Assembly: GCA_963784785.1 (NCBI GenBank)
Contig: CAWASW010000015.1
Span: 68,149 to 115,477, forward strand
Origin: Candidatus Woesebacteria bacterium
GTDB taxonomy: Bacteria; Patescibacteriota; Microgenomatia; UBA8517
Direction of reading: 5' to 3'
Length of the DNA stretch: 47,329 bases
This document shows positions 20,716-29,272 of the stretch, one piece after another. The notes beneath the pieces were generated by a model. That model was not told the DNA's origin. It ran no database searches and saw nothing but the letters and a program-made list of their open reading frames with translations. The translations under genes and the position numbers were made by a program. Position 1 is the first letter of the stretch; the number at the start of each line of letters is the position of its first letter.

Positions 20716-21865
20716 ATTTTCTTCTTGCTTCTAGAAATAAATCAGTTGTACCAGATCCTATCATAAGCTCAGCGTCTCGTTCTAATTTTATACCACTAAA
20801 ATCGTTACTACCACTTTCGACTCTATCCAACACTTTGTACATTGATACTTTCTGCCAATTAGGAAATTCTTGCCAAGCAATTTTAGGCAATATTGATCTT
20901 CCTCCAAATATGACAAAAACAATCAAATAAAGAATAAAAGTTTTAAAGCTTAATTTTGGTAGTAACATCCCAAGATAAATCATTAAATATAAAAATGGCA
21001 TATATAAATAATAAATTTCTCTTCTATTAACAAGCATCGCAGCAGGTGTCAAAGTGATAAAAACCGTTGCCAATAGCGGCAAATAAATATATTTTTTAAA
21101 ATACACAAGAAGTCCCACTAATAGGATTAATATTTTGTAATCAATAAAAAACAAGTATCCTCCAAACAAATCAATTATTCTTTCCGCTGGAGTGTAAACA
21201 AAATTATCTCCTAATATTTTTTTGGTGACAAAAAAATATCCTGCATATATCCCAAACACAGCTGACATTAATAATAGGTAAAATATTTTTTTGCGATCAA
21301 GTTTGTAGAATAAAGATATCGAAAACAAAACAAGAGGAACCGTAACGGCTGTTTCTTTTGAAAAAAGAGCAAAAGCAAACGAAATTACTGAGAGATACAA
21401 TTTCTTTGGATAATATAAAAAAAAGAAAATCGTTAAAATACAAAATGTAGCTAATAAATTTTCATGGATATTTGAGTAATAAAATAGATAATTCTTGTTA
21501 AATATTACACTGACAAAAAACGAGGCAAATTCATTTTTCGTTAATTTTCGAACAACAAAGAATAGTAGCATTAAATTAATTGTATTTGTTAAAAACATAG
21601 CGACATCAAAAGCAAAGTGATTAATTCCAAATGTTTTTTGCAAGAATGCAAAGGCGACAAAACCTACCACCCTAGTAAATTCATTCATATCACCATGAAT
21701 AATAAAATCAGGAACAAATTGAATTATTGAATGATTTCTAAAATAAGCAATTTCAAAGAAGTCATCAACTGAAAAATAAGCGTTTGTCCTGACCGCATAA
21801 ACAAGATGAAGGAAGCTAAGAAAAACTAAGCCAACAATATATGGTTTAATACCCCACTTTTTCAT
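20708..21865 (-). CDS. GT-C-like membrane protein
   Basis: FSVDDF loop, ALFSKE, multi-TM. Confidence 0.75.
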   Translation of the reverse strand: MKKWGIKPYIVGLVFLSFLHLVYAVRTNAYFSVDDFFEIAYFRNHSIIQFVPDFIIHGDMNEFTRVVGFVAFAFLQKTFGINHFAFDVAMFLTNTINLMLLFFVVRKLTKNEFASFFVSVIFNKNYLFYYSNIHENLLATFCILTIFFFLYYPKKLYLSVISFAFALFSKETAVTVPLVLFSISLFYKLDRKKIFYLLLMSAVFGIYAGYFFVTKKILGDNFVYTPAERIIDLFGGYLFFIDYKILILLVGLLVYFKKYIYLPLLATVFITLTPAAMLVNRREIYYLYMPFLYLMIYLGMLLPKLSFKTFILYLIVFVIFGGRSILPKIAWQEFPNWQKVSMYKVLDRVESGSNDFSGIKLERDAELMIGSGTTDLFLEARRKYD

Positions 21866-22703
21866 TTTTGAACAACCTCCTTAATTTTTTAAACGGAGTC
21901 ACAATCATTGACTGTAGTCTGTAGACTGTAGACATTACAGCCCATGGTGAAGGAACAATTTCTGGTCTCTCTTTAAAAAACACTTCTGGATAATAAAAAT
22001 CTAGAGAAAAACTTAAACCTAATTCATGCTTTATTTTTTTCTTTCGTTTTGGAACATTAACAACCGAAGCTTCATATGAAGTTCGAGACAAAAAAGTAGT
22101 GTGTAAATACGGAGCATCAACAAATTTAAAAGTATTTCTGTCTTGGATTTGTTTACCGTCTTTATCTGCCCAGCCCCACACTCCGTGCTGACCTTCTGAA
22201 TGCAAACCTTCAATACTTCTTTTTACTGCTCTTAAATTAAAATGCCCTAATTTGTCTCCAAATTTATATCTTCCTGCATTATCAGGCTGCTTATGAAAAA
22301 TATCGCCTATTACGTTGACCGTCGGAACCACAATACTTTCCGTAGGAGTTCTTGTATTACTTGTAATACTTTTTATACATGTAACTACTTGTGTTATGGA
22401 TTCCTTCCACCATATTTCATCATCGTCGACAACAATAAACCAATCGGCTTCCGTTACATCTAGCATTGCCTGCCTTGCTGCCGGAAATGTCTCTGAAGTA
22501 ACTGCCCCATATTGCCTTAAATCAATTTTGTCCCCATATTTTTCCTTAAGCAATTTTGCAATTTCCCATGATTTATCAGTTGATCCAGTATCCCAAAGCA
22601 AAATTTTATCAACGTGATCAATTACTGAAGTAACTGAAAACCACAGCCATTTTTCACTATTTTTAAACAATGTATGTGCCCAAACTGTAGATTTAAGATT
22701 CAT
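21846..22703 (-). CDS. GT2 glycosyltransferase
   Basis: DTGSTD, ARQ, WFIVVDDDE. Confidence 0.88.
   Translation of the reverse strand: MNLKSTVWAHTLFKNSEKWLWFSVTSVIDHVDKILLWDTGSTDKSWEIAKLLKEKYGDKIDLRQYGAVTSETFPAARQAMLDVTEADWFIVVDDDEIWWKESITQVVTCIKSITSNTRTPTESIVVPTVNVIGDIFHKQPDNAGRYKFGDKLGHFNLRAVKRSIEGLHSEGQHGVWGWADKDGKQIQDRNTFKFVDAPYLHTTFLSRTSYEASVVNVPKRKKKIKHELGLSFSLDFYYPEVFFKERPEIVPSPWAVMSTVYRLQSMIVTPFKKLRRLFKNEKVGY
21910..21937. repeat. Heptamer array gactgta gtctgta gactgta gacatta
   Basis: Four units; encodes MSTVYRLQS. Confidence 0.85.
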
Positions 22704-22716
22704 GTTTATGATTTAA
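22690..22716. repeat. Heptamer array gatttaa gattcat gtttat gatttaa at the 3' end of the four-helix-bundle gene (inverted-repeat arm)
   Basis: 22690-22704 is the reverse complement of 23077-23091 at 14 of 15 positions; one unit is 6 nt. Confidence 0.8.
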
Positions 22717-23079
22717 GAATTCTTTAGAACTTCGTATTAGACCCTGTAGCAATTTGTGACTGGTATCTGCCTGCAATTTAATTTTCAAATACTCTTCATT
22801 AGGTAAATATTCAACATCTAATGCAATAATTAATTGATTTTTTAATTCTGTCAATGATCCTTGAGCCAAATAATAAAATTGAATTTTCTCCTTATAGGAT
22901 TGTCTTCCAAATCCTTCTGCAATATTCGAGGTAATCGACACAGCTGCTCTATGCATTTGATCGACAAGGGAATACATCTCGTCCCTTGGAAAATACTTTG
23001 TGCATTTATATATCAAAAGTACAAGTTTATGACTCTCTTTCCATGTCGTTAAATCTGTAAAATCCTTTATTGCTGTCAT
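22693..23079 (-). CDS. Four helix bundle protein (23S rRNA IVP / bAvd-like, TIGR02436-type)
   Basis: F.DL..W, FP..E.Y.L..QM.RAAVSITSNIAEGFGR, A.GSL.E. Confidence 0.93.
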   Translation of the reverse strand: MTAIKDFTDLTTWKESHKLVLLIYKCTKYFPRDEMYSLVDQMHRAAVSITSNIAEGFGRQSYKEKIQFYYLAQGSLTELKNQLIIALDVEYLPNEEYLKIKLQADTSHKLLQGLIRSSKEFLNHKHES

Positions 23080-23107
23080 AAATCTTAAATCGTATATCCT
23101 AAATCAA
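23077..23107. repeat. Heptamer array aaatctt aaatcgt atatcct aaatcaa abutting the four-helix-bundle start codon
   Basis: Four units at 23080-23107, directly upstream of the ATG. Confidence 0.85.
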
Positions 23108-23178
23108 TAAACTACACCTACGATACTATCATTTTATCCTAAATGAATTAAAATAACATATTAGATAATATTGAATAT

Positions 23179-25005
23179 ATGTGTGGCATATCAGGCAAGA
23201 TAAACTTTAACAAGAGAGAAGTTACTAGATACCAACTTCAACAAATGACTTCCAAAATAGCGCACCGAGGTCCTGACGCAACTGGATATTTTATTTCACA
23301 AAAGAAAAACATCGGTTTTGGCCATAACAGACTTGCGATTATTGATTTGTCAAAAAAAGGTAACCAACCCATGAGTTACCTAGATAGATATACTATTGTT
23401 TTCAATGGAGAAATTTATAACTATAAAGAAGAAAAGGAAAAACTTACAAAACTTGGTTTCATTTTTAACTCGAATTCAGACACTGAGGTTATCTTAGTCC
23501 TTTACGCAAAATACAAAGAGAAATGCCTTGCTCACCTAAGAGGAATGTTCGCCTTTGCCATCTACGACACCCATGAAGAAACAATATTTATTGCAAGAGA
23601 TAGGATCGGTAAAAAACCATTAAAATATTTTGCAAATGAAAATTGTTTTATCTTTGCATCAGAACTTAAGGCAATACTCACTCAGCCAGAAGTTCCAGTA
23701 TCTCCCGATAGTCTTGCTATACAGAAATATTTTCTATATGGTTATGTACCAGCACCACTTACAGGTTTCATGGGGATTAAAAAACTTAAACCGGGGCATT
23801 ATATAAAAATTGATATCAAAAGAAAAATAATATCCAATAGAAAATACTGGGAACCAAGGTTTATAGACAAATTAAATTTAAGTGAAAAAGAGTGGTCAAA
23901 TAAAATACTAGACACCCTTGAAGAATCTACGAAATTAAGAATGATTTCAGATGTTCCAGTTGGAGCATTTTTATCAGGTGGAGTCGATTCTTCTGCAGTT
24001 GTAGCGATGATGGCTCTCTCCTCTTCGAGTCGCATAAAAACTTTTACTGTCAAATATAAAAATAAAAAATGGAGTGAAGAAAAATACGCCAAAATTATTG
24101 TCAAAAAATACAAAACTGATCATACAGAAATTTTGGCAAAACCCACAGATATTTATGATCTGCCAGAAATTGCATATCAATATGAAGAACCATTCGCAGA
24201 TAATAGTGCGCTAGTTTCTTGTATGGTCAGCAGAGAGGCAAAAAAATACGTAACTGTAGCATTAAATGGCGATGGAGGTGATGAAAATTTCGCAGGCTAT
24301 CCTAATAGATATATGAGACTTAAGAGGGATGTAGATTATGGGTATTGGATTTCAAAATTAAGACCTCTTTCTGCTTTGAAAATTAAAAAGGTTTCAAACT
24401 TTTTAGATAAGTCAAAGTTGCCACTCTATGAAAAATTTGTTTCGTATAATCAAATATTTCCAATAGATGAAATATTAAAATTTTCGAGTGGCGATCTCCA
24501 AAAAACACTAACTACAAATAACTTATATAAATACGTAAGAAAAACATTCAATAGCTTTACAGGAAAAGATATTAAAAATGCAGGACTTAAATTTGATCTT
24601 CAATATTTTCTACCAGACCAGCTATTAGCCAAAATGGATATAGCCAGTATGAGAAGTAGTCTTGAGTCAAGATCTCCACTTCTAGATCACAAAATGATCG
24701 AACTTGCCTGCAAAATTCCATTCAATCTAAAAGTTAAAAATGGTGAATCAAAATACATATTCAAAAAAGCATTAGAAAAAATTGTTCCAAAAGAAAATCT
24801 ATATAGACCAAAAATGGGATTTACAATAAGTCTTGAAGATTGGTTCAAAGGAGATTTAAATAAATATTTTAGAGAAAAAATAAATAACAAATCATTACTA
24901 AATAACTATATTGATTTTAATAACATCACCTTGGACAATTATCAAAAGAAATGGAGTCTTCTAATGCTTGAGCTTTGGCTAGAAAATTATTTTTCGAACC
25001 AATAA
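23179..25005 (+). CDS. asnB: Asparagine synthase (glutamine-hydrolysing) family amidotransferase
   Basis: MCGI Ntn N-terminus, HRGPD, FNGEIYN, LSGGVDS, GDGGDE, ESRSPLLD. Confidence 0.95.
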   Translation: MCGISGKINFNKREVTRYQLQQMTSKIAHRGPDATGYFISQKKNIGFGHNRLAIIDLSKKGNQPMSYLDRYTIVFNGEIYNYKEEKEKLTKLGFIFNSNSDTEVILVLYAKYKEKCLAHLRGMFAFAIYDTHEETIFIARDRIGKKPLKYFANENCFIFASELKAILTQPEVPVSPDSLAIQKYFLYGYVPAPLTGFMGIKKLKPGHYIKIDIKRKIISNRKYWEPRFIDKLNLSEKEWSNKILDTLEESTKLRMISDVPVGAFLSGGVDSSAVVAMMALSSSSRIKTFTVKYKNKKWSEEKYAKIIVKKYKTDHTEILAKPTDIYDLPEIAYQYEEPFADNSALVSCMVSREAKKYVTVALNGDGGDENFAGYPNRYMRLKRDVDYGYWISKLRPLSALKIKKVSNFLDKSKLPLYEKFVSYNQIFPIDEILKFSSGDLQKTLTTNNLYKYVRKTFNSFTGKDIKNAGLKFDLQYFLPDQLLAKMDIASMRSSLESRSPLLDHKMIELACKIPFNLKVKNGESKYIFKKALEKIVPKENLYRPKMGFTISLEDWFKGDLNKYFREKINNKSLLNNYIDFNNITLDNYQKKWSLLMLELWLENYFSNQ

Positions 25006-26276
25006 TATCTGATTACTATCACCCAAGTATAAATTACTAGAATAGAATTTGTAATACCATAAGTTAAAGTGGGACCAACTGCACCATATTTTGGAATGAA
25101 GTAGGAATTCAAAAGAAAAATTGCAGCTAACTGAAAAAATGAAAAGGCTCCAATATAGACGTTTTTCTTCATAGCATAGATAATTGCAGCCACAGATGGA
25201 GCAGTTAAAATAAATGGGATCATTGATAAAGTTAGAGCCTGAAAAACAGGAACAGAATCAATATAGTTAGGAAAAATAATCATCATGAATGGTTTTGCAA
25301 AAATTACCCAGAGAATGGTCAACAAAATTATTGGTATTAAAGCGAGTGATGCTTTTATTAGATATTCTCTTTCTCTGTTCTTATCCCCCATTGATGCCAA
25401 ACGCGGTGCAAGTACTGCAGAAAAACTAGCAGTAAGAATTACAATGAATGAAGACAGCCTTGAAGGAATTGAGTAAAGCGCAGTCACAGATGCCCCAGAA
25501 ATGCTTGCCAGCATTTGTATATCAAGGCGACCTGATATTGAGGAAATAATTCTATTAACCCCTATCCAACCACTAAATTTTAATAAATTTGAGTAAATTT
25601 CTTTGGAAGGTTTTGAAAATATAAATTTATATTTAAGAAAAGTTAAGCTAGCTAACAAACTTACGACAAACCCCAATATTGCAACTGAAAATGATGAGTA
25701 CAAGCTGACAGCTCCAAAATATATAAATCCAAGTAGACCGACTAATCTAAACAAATAATAGGTATTATCAACAATTACAGATTTTAAAAATTGTTTCTTA
25801 GCTTGTAGCACATAAGGAAAATACATTGGAACAAACAAAACAAAGGCGACAATTGCAGCCCAAATGGCAACCATTGGGTCTGCTGTTGCAAGCATAGATT
25901 TAGAGATAAAAGGTGCAAACATGATGACCAAGACTGATAAGGCAACAATTATAACAAGTCTAATAATTAAGCCTGCTTTTTGATATTCAAAAGATTTCTT
26001 TTCATCATTCTCTCCATCTGCCTCAGCGATAAAACTGACTAGCCCCGAGGTAATCCCAATATCAGAAAGTGAAGATATAATAACGACTAAATTCATAGCA
26101 GCAGAAAATATACCAAAGTCTTCTCTATTTAAAGCGCGTGCTACAAAGAAAGTAAAAAGAAATCCCAAAAATGCAGAGCCTAAATTACCGACAAACAAAA
26201 CATATGTATCCATCGCAGTAGAAGAAAAAACCAATGTCTTAGCTTTGTGTATAAATTTATTCACCGTAGTATCCAA
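24987..26276 (-). CDS. Wzx-type oligosaccharide flippase
   Basis: Many TM segments; ARAL..EDFG.F, SDIG, LIP.YGA.G-like C-terminal motif. Confidence 0.88.
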   Translation of the reverse strand: MDTTVNKFIHKAKTLVFSSTAMDTYVLFVGNLGSAFLGFLFTFFVARALNREDFGIFSAAMNLVVIISSLSDIGITSGLVSFIAEADGENDEKKSFEYQKAGLIIRLVIIVALSVLVIMFAPFISKSMLATADPMVAIWAAIVAFVLFVPMYFPYVLQAKKQFLKSVIVDNTYYLFRLVGLLGFIYFGAVSLYSSFSVAILGFVVSLLASLTFLKYKFIFSKPSKEIYSNLLKFSGWIGVNRIISSISGRLDIQMLASISGASVTALYSIPSRLSSFIVILTASFSAVLAPRLASMGDKNREREYLIKASLALIPIILLTILWVIFAKPFMMIIFPNYIDSVPVFQALTLSMIPFILTAPSVAAIIYAMKKNVYIGAFSFFQLAAIFLLNSYFIPKYGAVGPTLTYGITNSILVIYTWVIVIRYYWFEK

Positions 26277-27456
26277 TTATACATGACTTTACCCAGCCCT
26301 TGTTTTCTTCTAACCCATCAAGCTTCCCCACAGCCATATAGGTTGGCGACTCAGCAGAAGTTTTAAGCTCCAGCTTTACTTTGGACCAGTCCAAATGAAC
26401 TTGGTACGTCAAGAGTAAAACTAAAATAACAAAAACAAATCTAGAGATTCTTATTGATACAAATTTAGATAAAAGCTGAAATAGACCAGTAGAAAATATT
26501 ATTGTTGCCATAATTATCATATTATTTACGATAAACATCACCCTTTCAGGTGGTTCCCAGTTCATCGCCTGATAGGTAAGTCCAACAACTGCAACTGTGA
26601 TCCCAATCATAAATCCAACCGACAGCAACATTACCAATTTTGGTTTTTCAAAGTATTTTGCCTTTCGATTAAGAAACACAAAAGCACCTGCAATTATTGT
26701 CAGAATAGAAATAACAAATGTTTTAATGTAAAGAAGGTGAATTAAATACCATTTTGAATATATTAGTGTTTTTGTTATTAAATCAGCTAATCCTGAAGGG
26801 TGGGTAACTGTTGCACTCCTTACTGCATTACCGGGAGCCAAACTCATTAATCCCAAAGACAGCACAGTAGATAAAATACCAACGGCGATTAGTCTTTTGC
26901 TGCTAGCCCTTGGCAAAATAAGATACAAAAATATAAGGAATAACAAGTTGGCCACTCCAAAGGCTTCTGAAAACCCAGTGGCAATAAACAATAAAATAAA
27001 GCCTATCAGATATTGGTATTTGCTAAATGGTTTATACAGCAAAAACAAAAAGGCATTTAGCAATATAAACGGAGCAAAATAATTTAATGATCCAGTCATC
27101 CAATAAAACGTCTGAATAATGTTTGGAGAGTTAATTAGAAAAAATATTGAAAGTAAAGAAAAAGGTAATCCCGTAATCAATATCAGTACATATTGAATTA
27201 AGGGTAATATTTTTGCACCCGTTAGTCCAAATAATTCAAACAAATCCAAAAAGGCTATGTATGAATATCTTCCTGTCCATCCCTTCCACCAAATAATTTG
27301 AGATTGCCAATAGCCATTATTTCGCAATAATATTGATGAGCAAAAATCATCCGCCCAAAATTTAACGTAACTACTAGTTGTTACTACATAGTAAACAGAA
27401 ACCAAAAACAAAATAAGTATCGGACCGATCATGAACCAATTAGCACGTCTAATCAT
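26257..27456 (-). CDS. Membrane protein, DUF6056/GT-C-like
   Basis: WADDF, WTGRY, FYWMTGSLNY, GFSE, APGN.VR. Confidence 0.7.
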   Translation of the reverse strand: MIRRANWFMIGPILILFLVSVYYVVTTSSYVKFWADDFCSSILLRNNGYWQSQIIWWKGWTGRYSYIAFLDLFELFGLTGAKILPLIQYVLILITGLPFSLLSIFFLINSPNIIQTFYWMTGSLNYFAPFILLNAFLFLLYKPFSKYQYLIGFILLFIATGFSEAFGVANLLFLIFLYLILPRASSKRLIAVGILSTVLSLGLMSLAPGNAVRSATVTHPSGLADLITKTLIYSKWYLIHLLYIKTFVISILTIIAGAFVFLNRKAKYFEKPKLVMLLSVGFMIGITVAVVGLTYQAMNWEPPERVMFIVNNMIIMATIIFSTGLFQLLSKFVSIRISRFVFVILVLLLTYQVHLDWSKVKLELKTSAESPTYMAVGKLDGLEENKGWVKSCIIGYYGE

Positions 27457-28094
27457 TTAGGCAGTTTGGTTTTACCGTCGCCTATACAAACCTGATGATC
27501 ATAATTCCATAGTAACAAAGGCAATAATTCTTTTTCCTCTTGTGATGCATCACTCGTTGAGAATTTCAATATCTTATCTTTAAGCATTTCTTTCGATCGA
27601 TTAAATGCATCTTCAACTGTTCCACCCTTAATCAGAACAGTTGCAATTTTATTTGATGGATTCAAAAACAATCCCGCCGTCTTATCCATTAGTGGTCTTG
27701 TAAACATTCCATCTTCAACAACAAAAACAAAATCTTCATTATAACCAATATATGCTCTGCAACCTTTTCTAACACTTTCAACGCCCAGTTTCTTCGCTGA
27801 TTTACACGAACGGGCATAAACAATTGCATCAATCAAAATCTCAGAGTTTTTATTAGTTTCTACAAGAATTTCGTCATCATATCCACCAATTGAAGATTCG
27901 TTTCCGTGTCCATTCAATATTATTAATTTTGGCCCCACCTTCTTAACTATCGAATTAAATTCTGAATAATTTGCTCGTTTCATCTGTAAATCAATAACAT
28001 CTAATCTAGCTTTAATTGCAACTTCAATAATAAATTTACTCCAATAAAACAAATAATCTGTGGTTAAATCGTGGTTTGGCCTAGTTATTAACAT
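27453..28094 (-). CDS. Putative clan CD (caspase/gingipain/CHAT-like) cysteine protease
   Basis: LIILNGHG and IVYARSC His/Cys after hydrophobic strands; AYIGY. Confidence 0.6.
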   Translation of the reverse strand: MLITRPNHDLTTDYLFYWSKFIIEVAIKARLDVIDLQMKRANYSEFNSIVKKVGPKLIILNGHGNESSIGGYDDEILVETNKNSEILIDAIVYARSCKSAKKLGVESVRKGCRAYIGYNEDFVFVVEDGMFTRPLMDKTAGLFLNPSNKIATVLIKGGTVEDAFNRSKEMLKDKILKFSTSDASQEEKELLPLLLWNYDHQVCIGDGKTKLPK

Positions 28095-28327
28095 TACTTA
28101 GAAAACAAAACGCCACTTTTGAGTGACTGCAAATAATTTAGTTGCATCTGTATTATAGTGTTACCGATATCACTTCCATCTTTTACATTCTGAACAAGTT
28201 CATCCTTAGAAAAATCACCTTCAGATCCTATCGACATCCTTCTATTACCAGACATAGATTGTAATCTTGCTACGACAAGATCTTTAATTTCCTGATCACT
28301 AACCAATTTATTTTTCTTGCTTTTCAT
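28094..28327 (-). CDS. Small hypothetical protein (77 aa)
   Basis: TAATG and ATGA overlaps with both neighbours. Confidence 0.75.
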   Translation of the reverse strand: MKSKKNKLVSDQEIKDLVVARLQSMSGNRRMSIGSEGDFSKDELVQNVKDGSDIGNTIIQMQLNYLQSLKSGVLFSK

Positions 28328-28509
28328 ATAAAATTTAAATATTTAAGTTTTTCTAAAATTTCTATCGATAAATTTGTGTTATTGTCAGCCTCAAGTTTCG
28401 CGACCTTCCAAGAAATCGGCTCACCATTTAGGACCAAAACAACTTCTTCTCTAACGCCTAGGGGTAAATTATTATAAACGATATAAAACTTATCTTTTAC
28501 ATCTGCCAT
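28324..28509 (-). CDS. Small hypothetical protein (61 aa)
   Basis: Start MADVKDKF at 28509, 7 nt after TGCTACAAT. The upstream extension in the track is repeat-derived. Confidence 0.7.
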   Translation of the reverse strand: MADVKDKFYIVYNNLPLGVREEVVLVLNGEPISWKVAKLEADNNTNLSIEILEKLKYLNFI

Positions 28510-28516
28510 ATCCAAT

Positions 28517-28557
28517 ATTGTAGCACATCGCGCAATCCTCGCGCAGAACCTCGCGCA
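28517..28557 (-). promoter_or_regulatory. Extended -10 (TGCTACAAT) plus three TCGCGCA direct repeats
   Basis: -10 at 28517-28522; repeats start at 28528, 28539 and 28551. Confidence 0.6.
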
Positions 28558-28625
28558 ATAAACTGTTCCTTTTTGCAACAGTTGATCTGACAATTCCATT
28601 ATGCAAAATTTGCATATTGCACCAA

Positions 28626-28656
28626 TCCAACTGTTTCCAAATTAGAAACAGTTGGA
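28626..28656. promoter_or_regulatory. Perfect 12-7-12 inverted repeat TCCAACTGTTTC/GAAACAGTTGGA, operator-like
   Basis: Directly upstream of TATATT (28658-28663) and the NYN ATG. Confidence 0.7.
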
Positions 28657-28669
28657 GTATATTTAATAT

Positions 28670-29209
28670 ATGGCAAAAGCAATTAGAAAAAATATTGTAT
28701 ACGCTTTCATTGACAGCCAGAATCTTAATTTAGGTACCTCAAAAGATATATTTAAGAACAAAAAACTAATCTACAAAGGTTGGAGGTTGGATTTTAACAA
28801 ATTTCACAAATACTTGAAGAATAAATTTAAAGTTTCAAAAGCATTTCTGTTTATAGGATACATTAAACAAAACCAGAAATTATATAACGCACTTAAATCC
28901 TATGGTTATACATTAATTTTTAAACCCACCGTTATGGATAGTCACGGTATAGCAAAAGGAAATATTGATGCCGAAATAGTATTACATTCATCAGCCATAG
29001 AATTTAAAAATTATGACAAAGCTGTTATCGTCTCGGGGGATGGCGACTTTTATTGTCTTCATGAGTTTCTAGACAAAAACAAGAAGTTATTATCGATAAT
29101 TATTCCCAACAGAAAATCTGAGTCATCCCTGTTAAATAAATATCAAAACTACAAAACTTTTCTTGTTCGAGATAGAGAAAAAGTAGAATACTCAGGTTTG
29201 AGGAAATAA
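28670..29209 (+). CDS. NYN domain (LabA/DUF88, PIN-like) protein
   Basis: AFIDSQNL, KGNIDAE, VSGDGDF. Confidence 0.9.
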   Translation: MAKAIRKNIVYAFIDSQNLNLGTSKDIFKNKKLIYKGWRLDFNKFHKYLKNKFKVSKAFLFIGYIKQNQKLYNALKSYGYTLIFKPTVMDSHGIAKGNIDAEIVLHSSAIEFKNYDKAVIVSGDGDFYCLHEFLDKNKKLLSIIIPNRKSESSLLNKYQNYKTFLVRDREKVEYSGLRK

Positions 29210-29266
29210 AAATGGGAGGCGTAGCACATTGTCACATAGACAACGGGTCGTTTCTCCCTGATGATA
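29204..29266 (-). ncRNA. Candidate structured small RNA convergent with NYN gene
   Basis: GGGAG/CUCCC outer stem, CGUUGUC-UAUGU-GACAAUG hairpin, U-rich tail; promoter-like element upstream. Confidence 0.45.
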
Positions 29267-29272
29267 GTCCAT

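Noticed and set aside
22693-23079. Diversity-generating retroelement suggested by the Avd-like gene
   Set aside because: No reverse transcriptase and no TR/VR pair with adenine-specific mismatches seen in the window.
22693-23079. 23S rRNA intervening sequence
   Set aside because: Flanks are protein genes; no rRNA sequence is present.
28510-28599. N-terminal extension with CARFCARIARC as a Cys-rich motif
   Set aside because: It is the translation of the TCGCGCA promoter repeats; a better start lies at 28509.
28561-28656. LexA SOS boxes (CTGT...ACAG)
   Set aside because: Spacers are 11 and 13 nt, not the 8 nt of the CTGT-N8-ACAG box.
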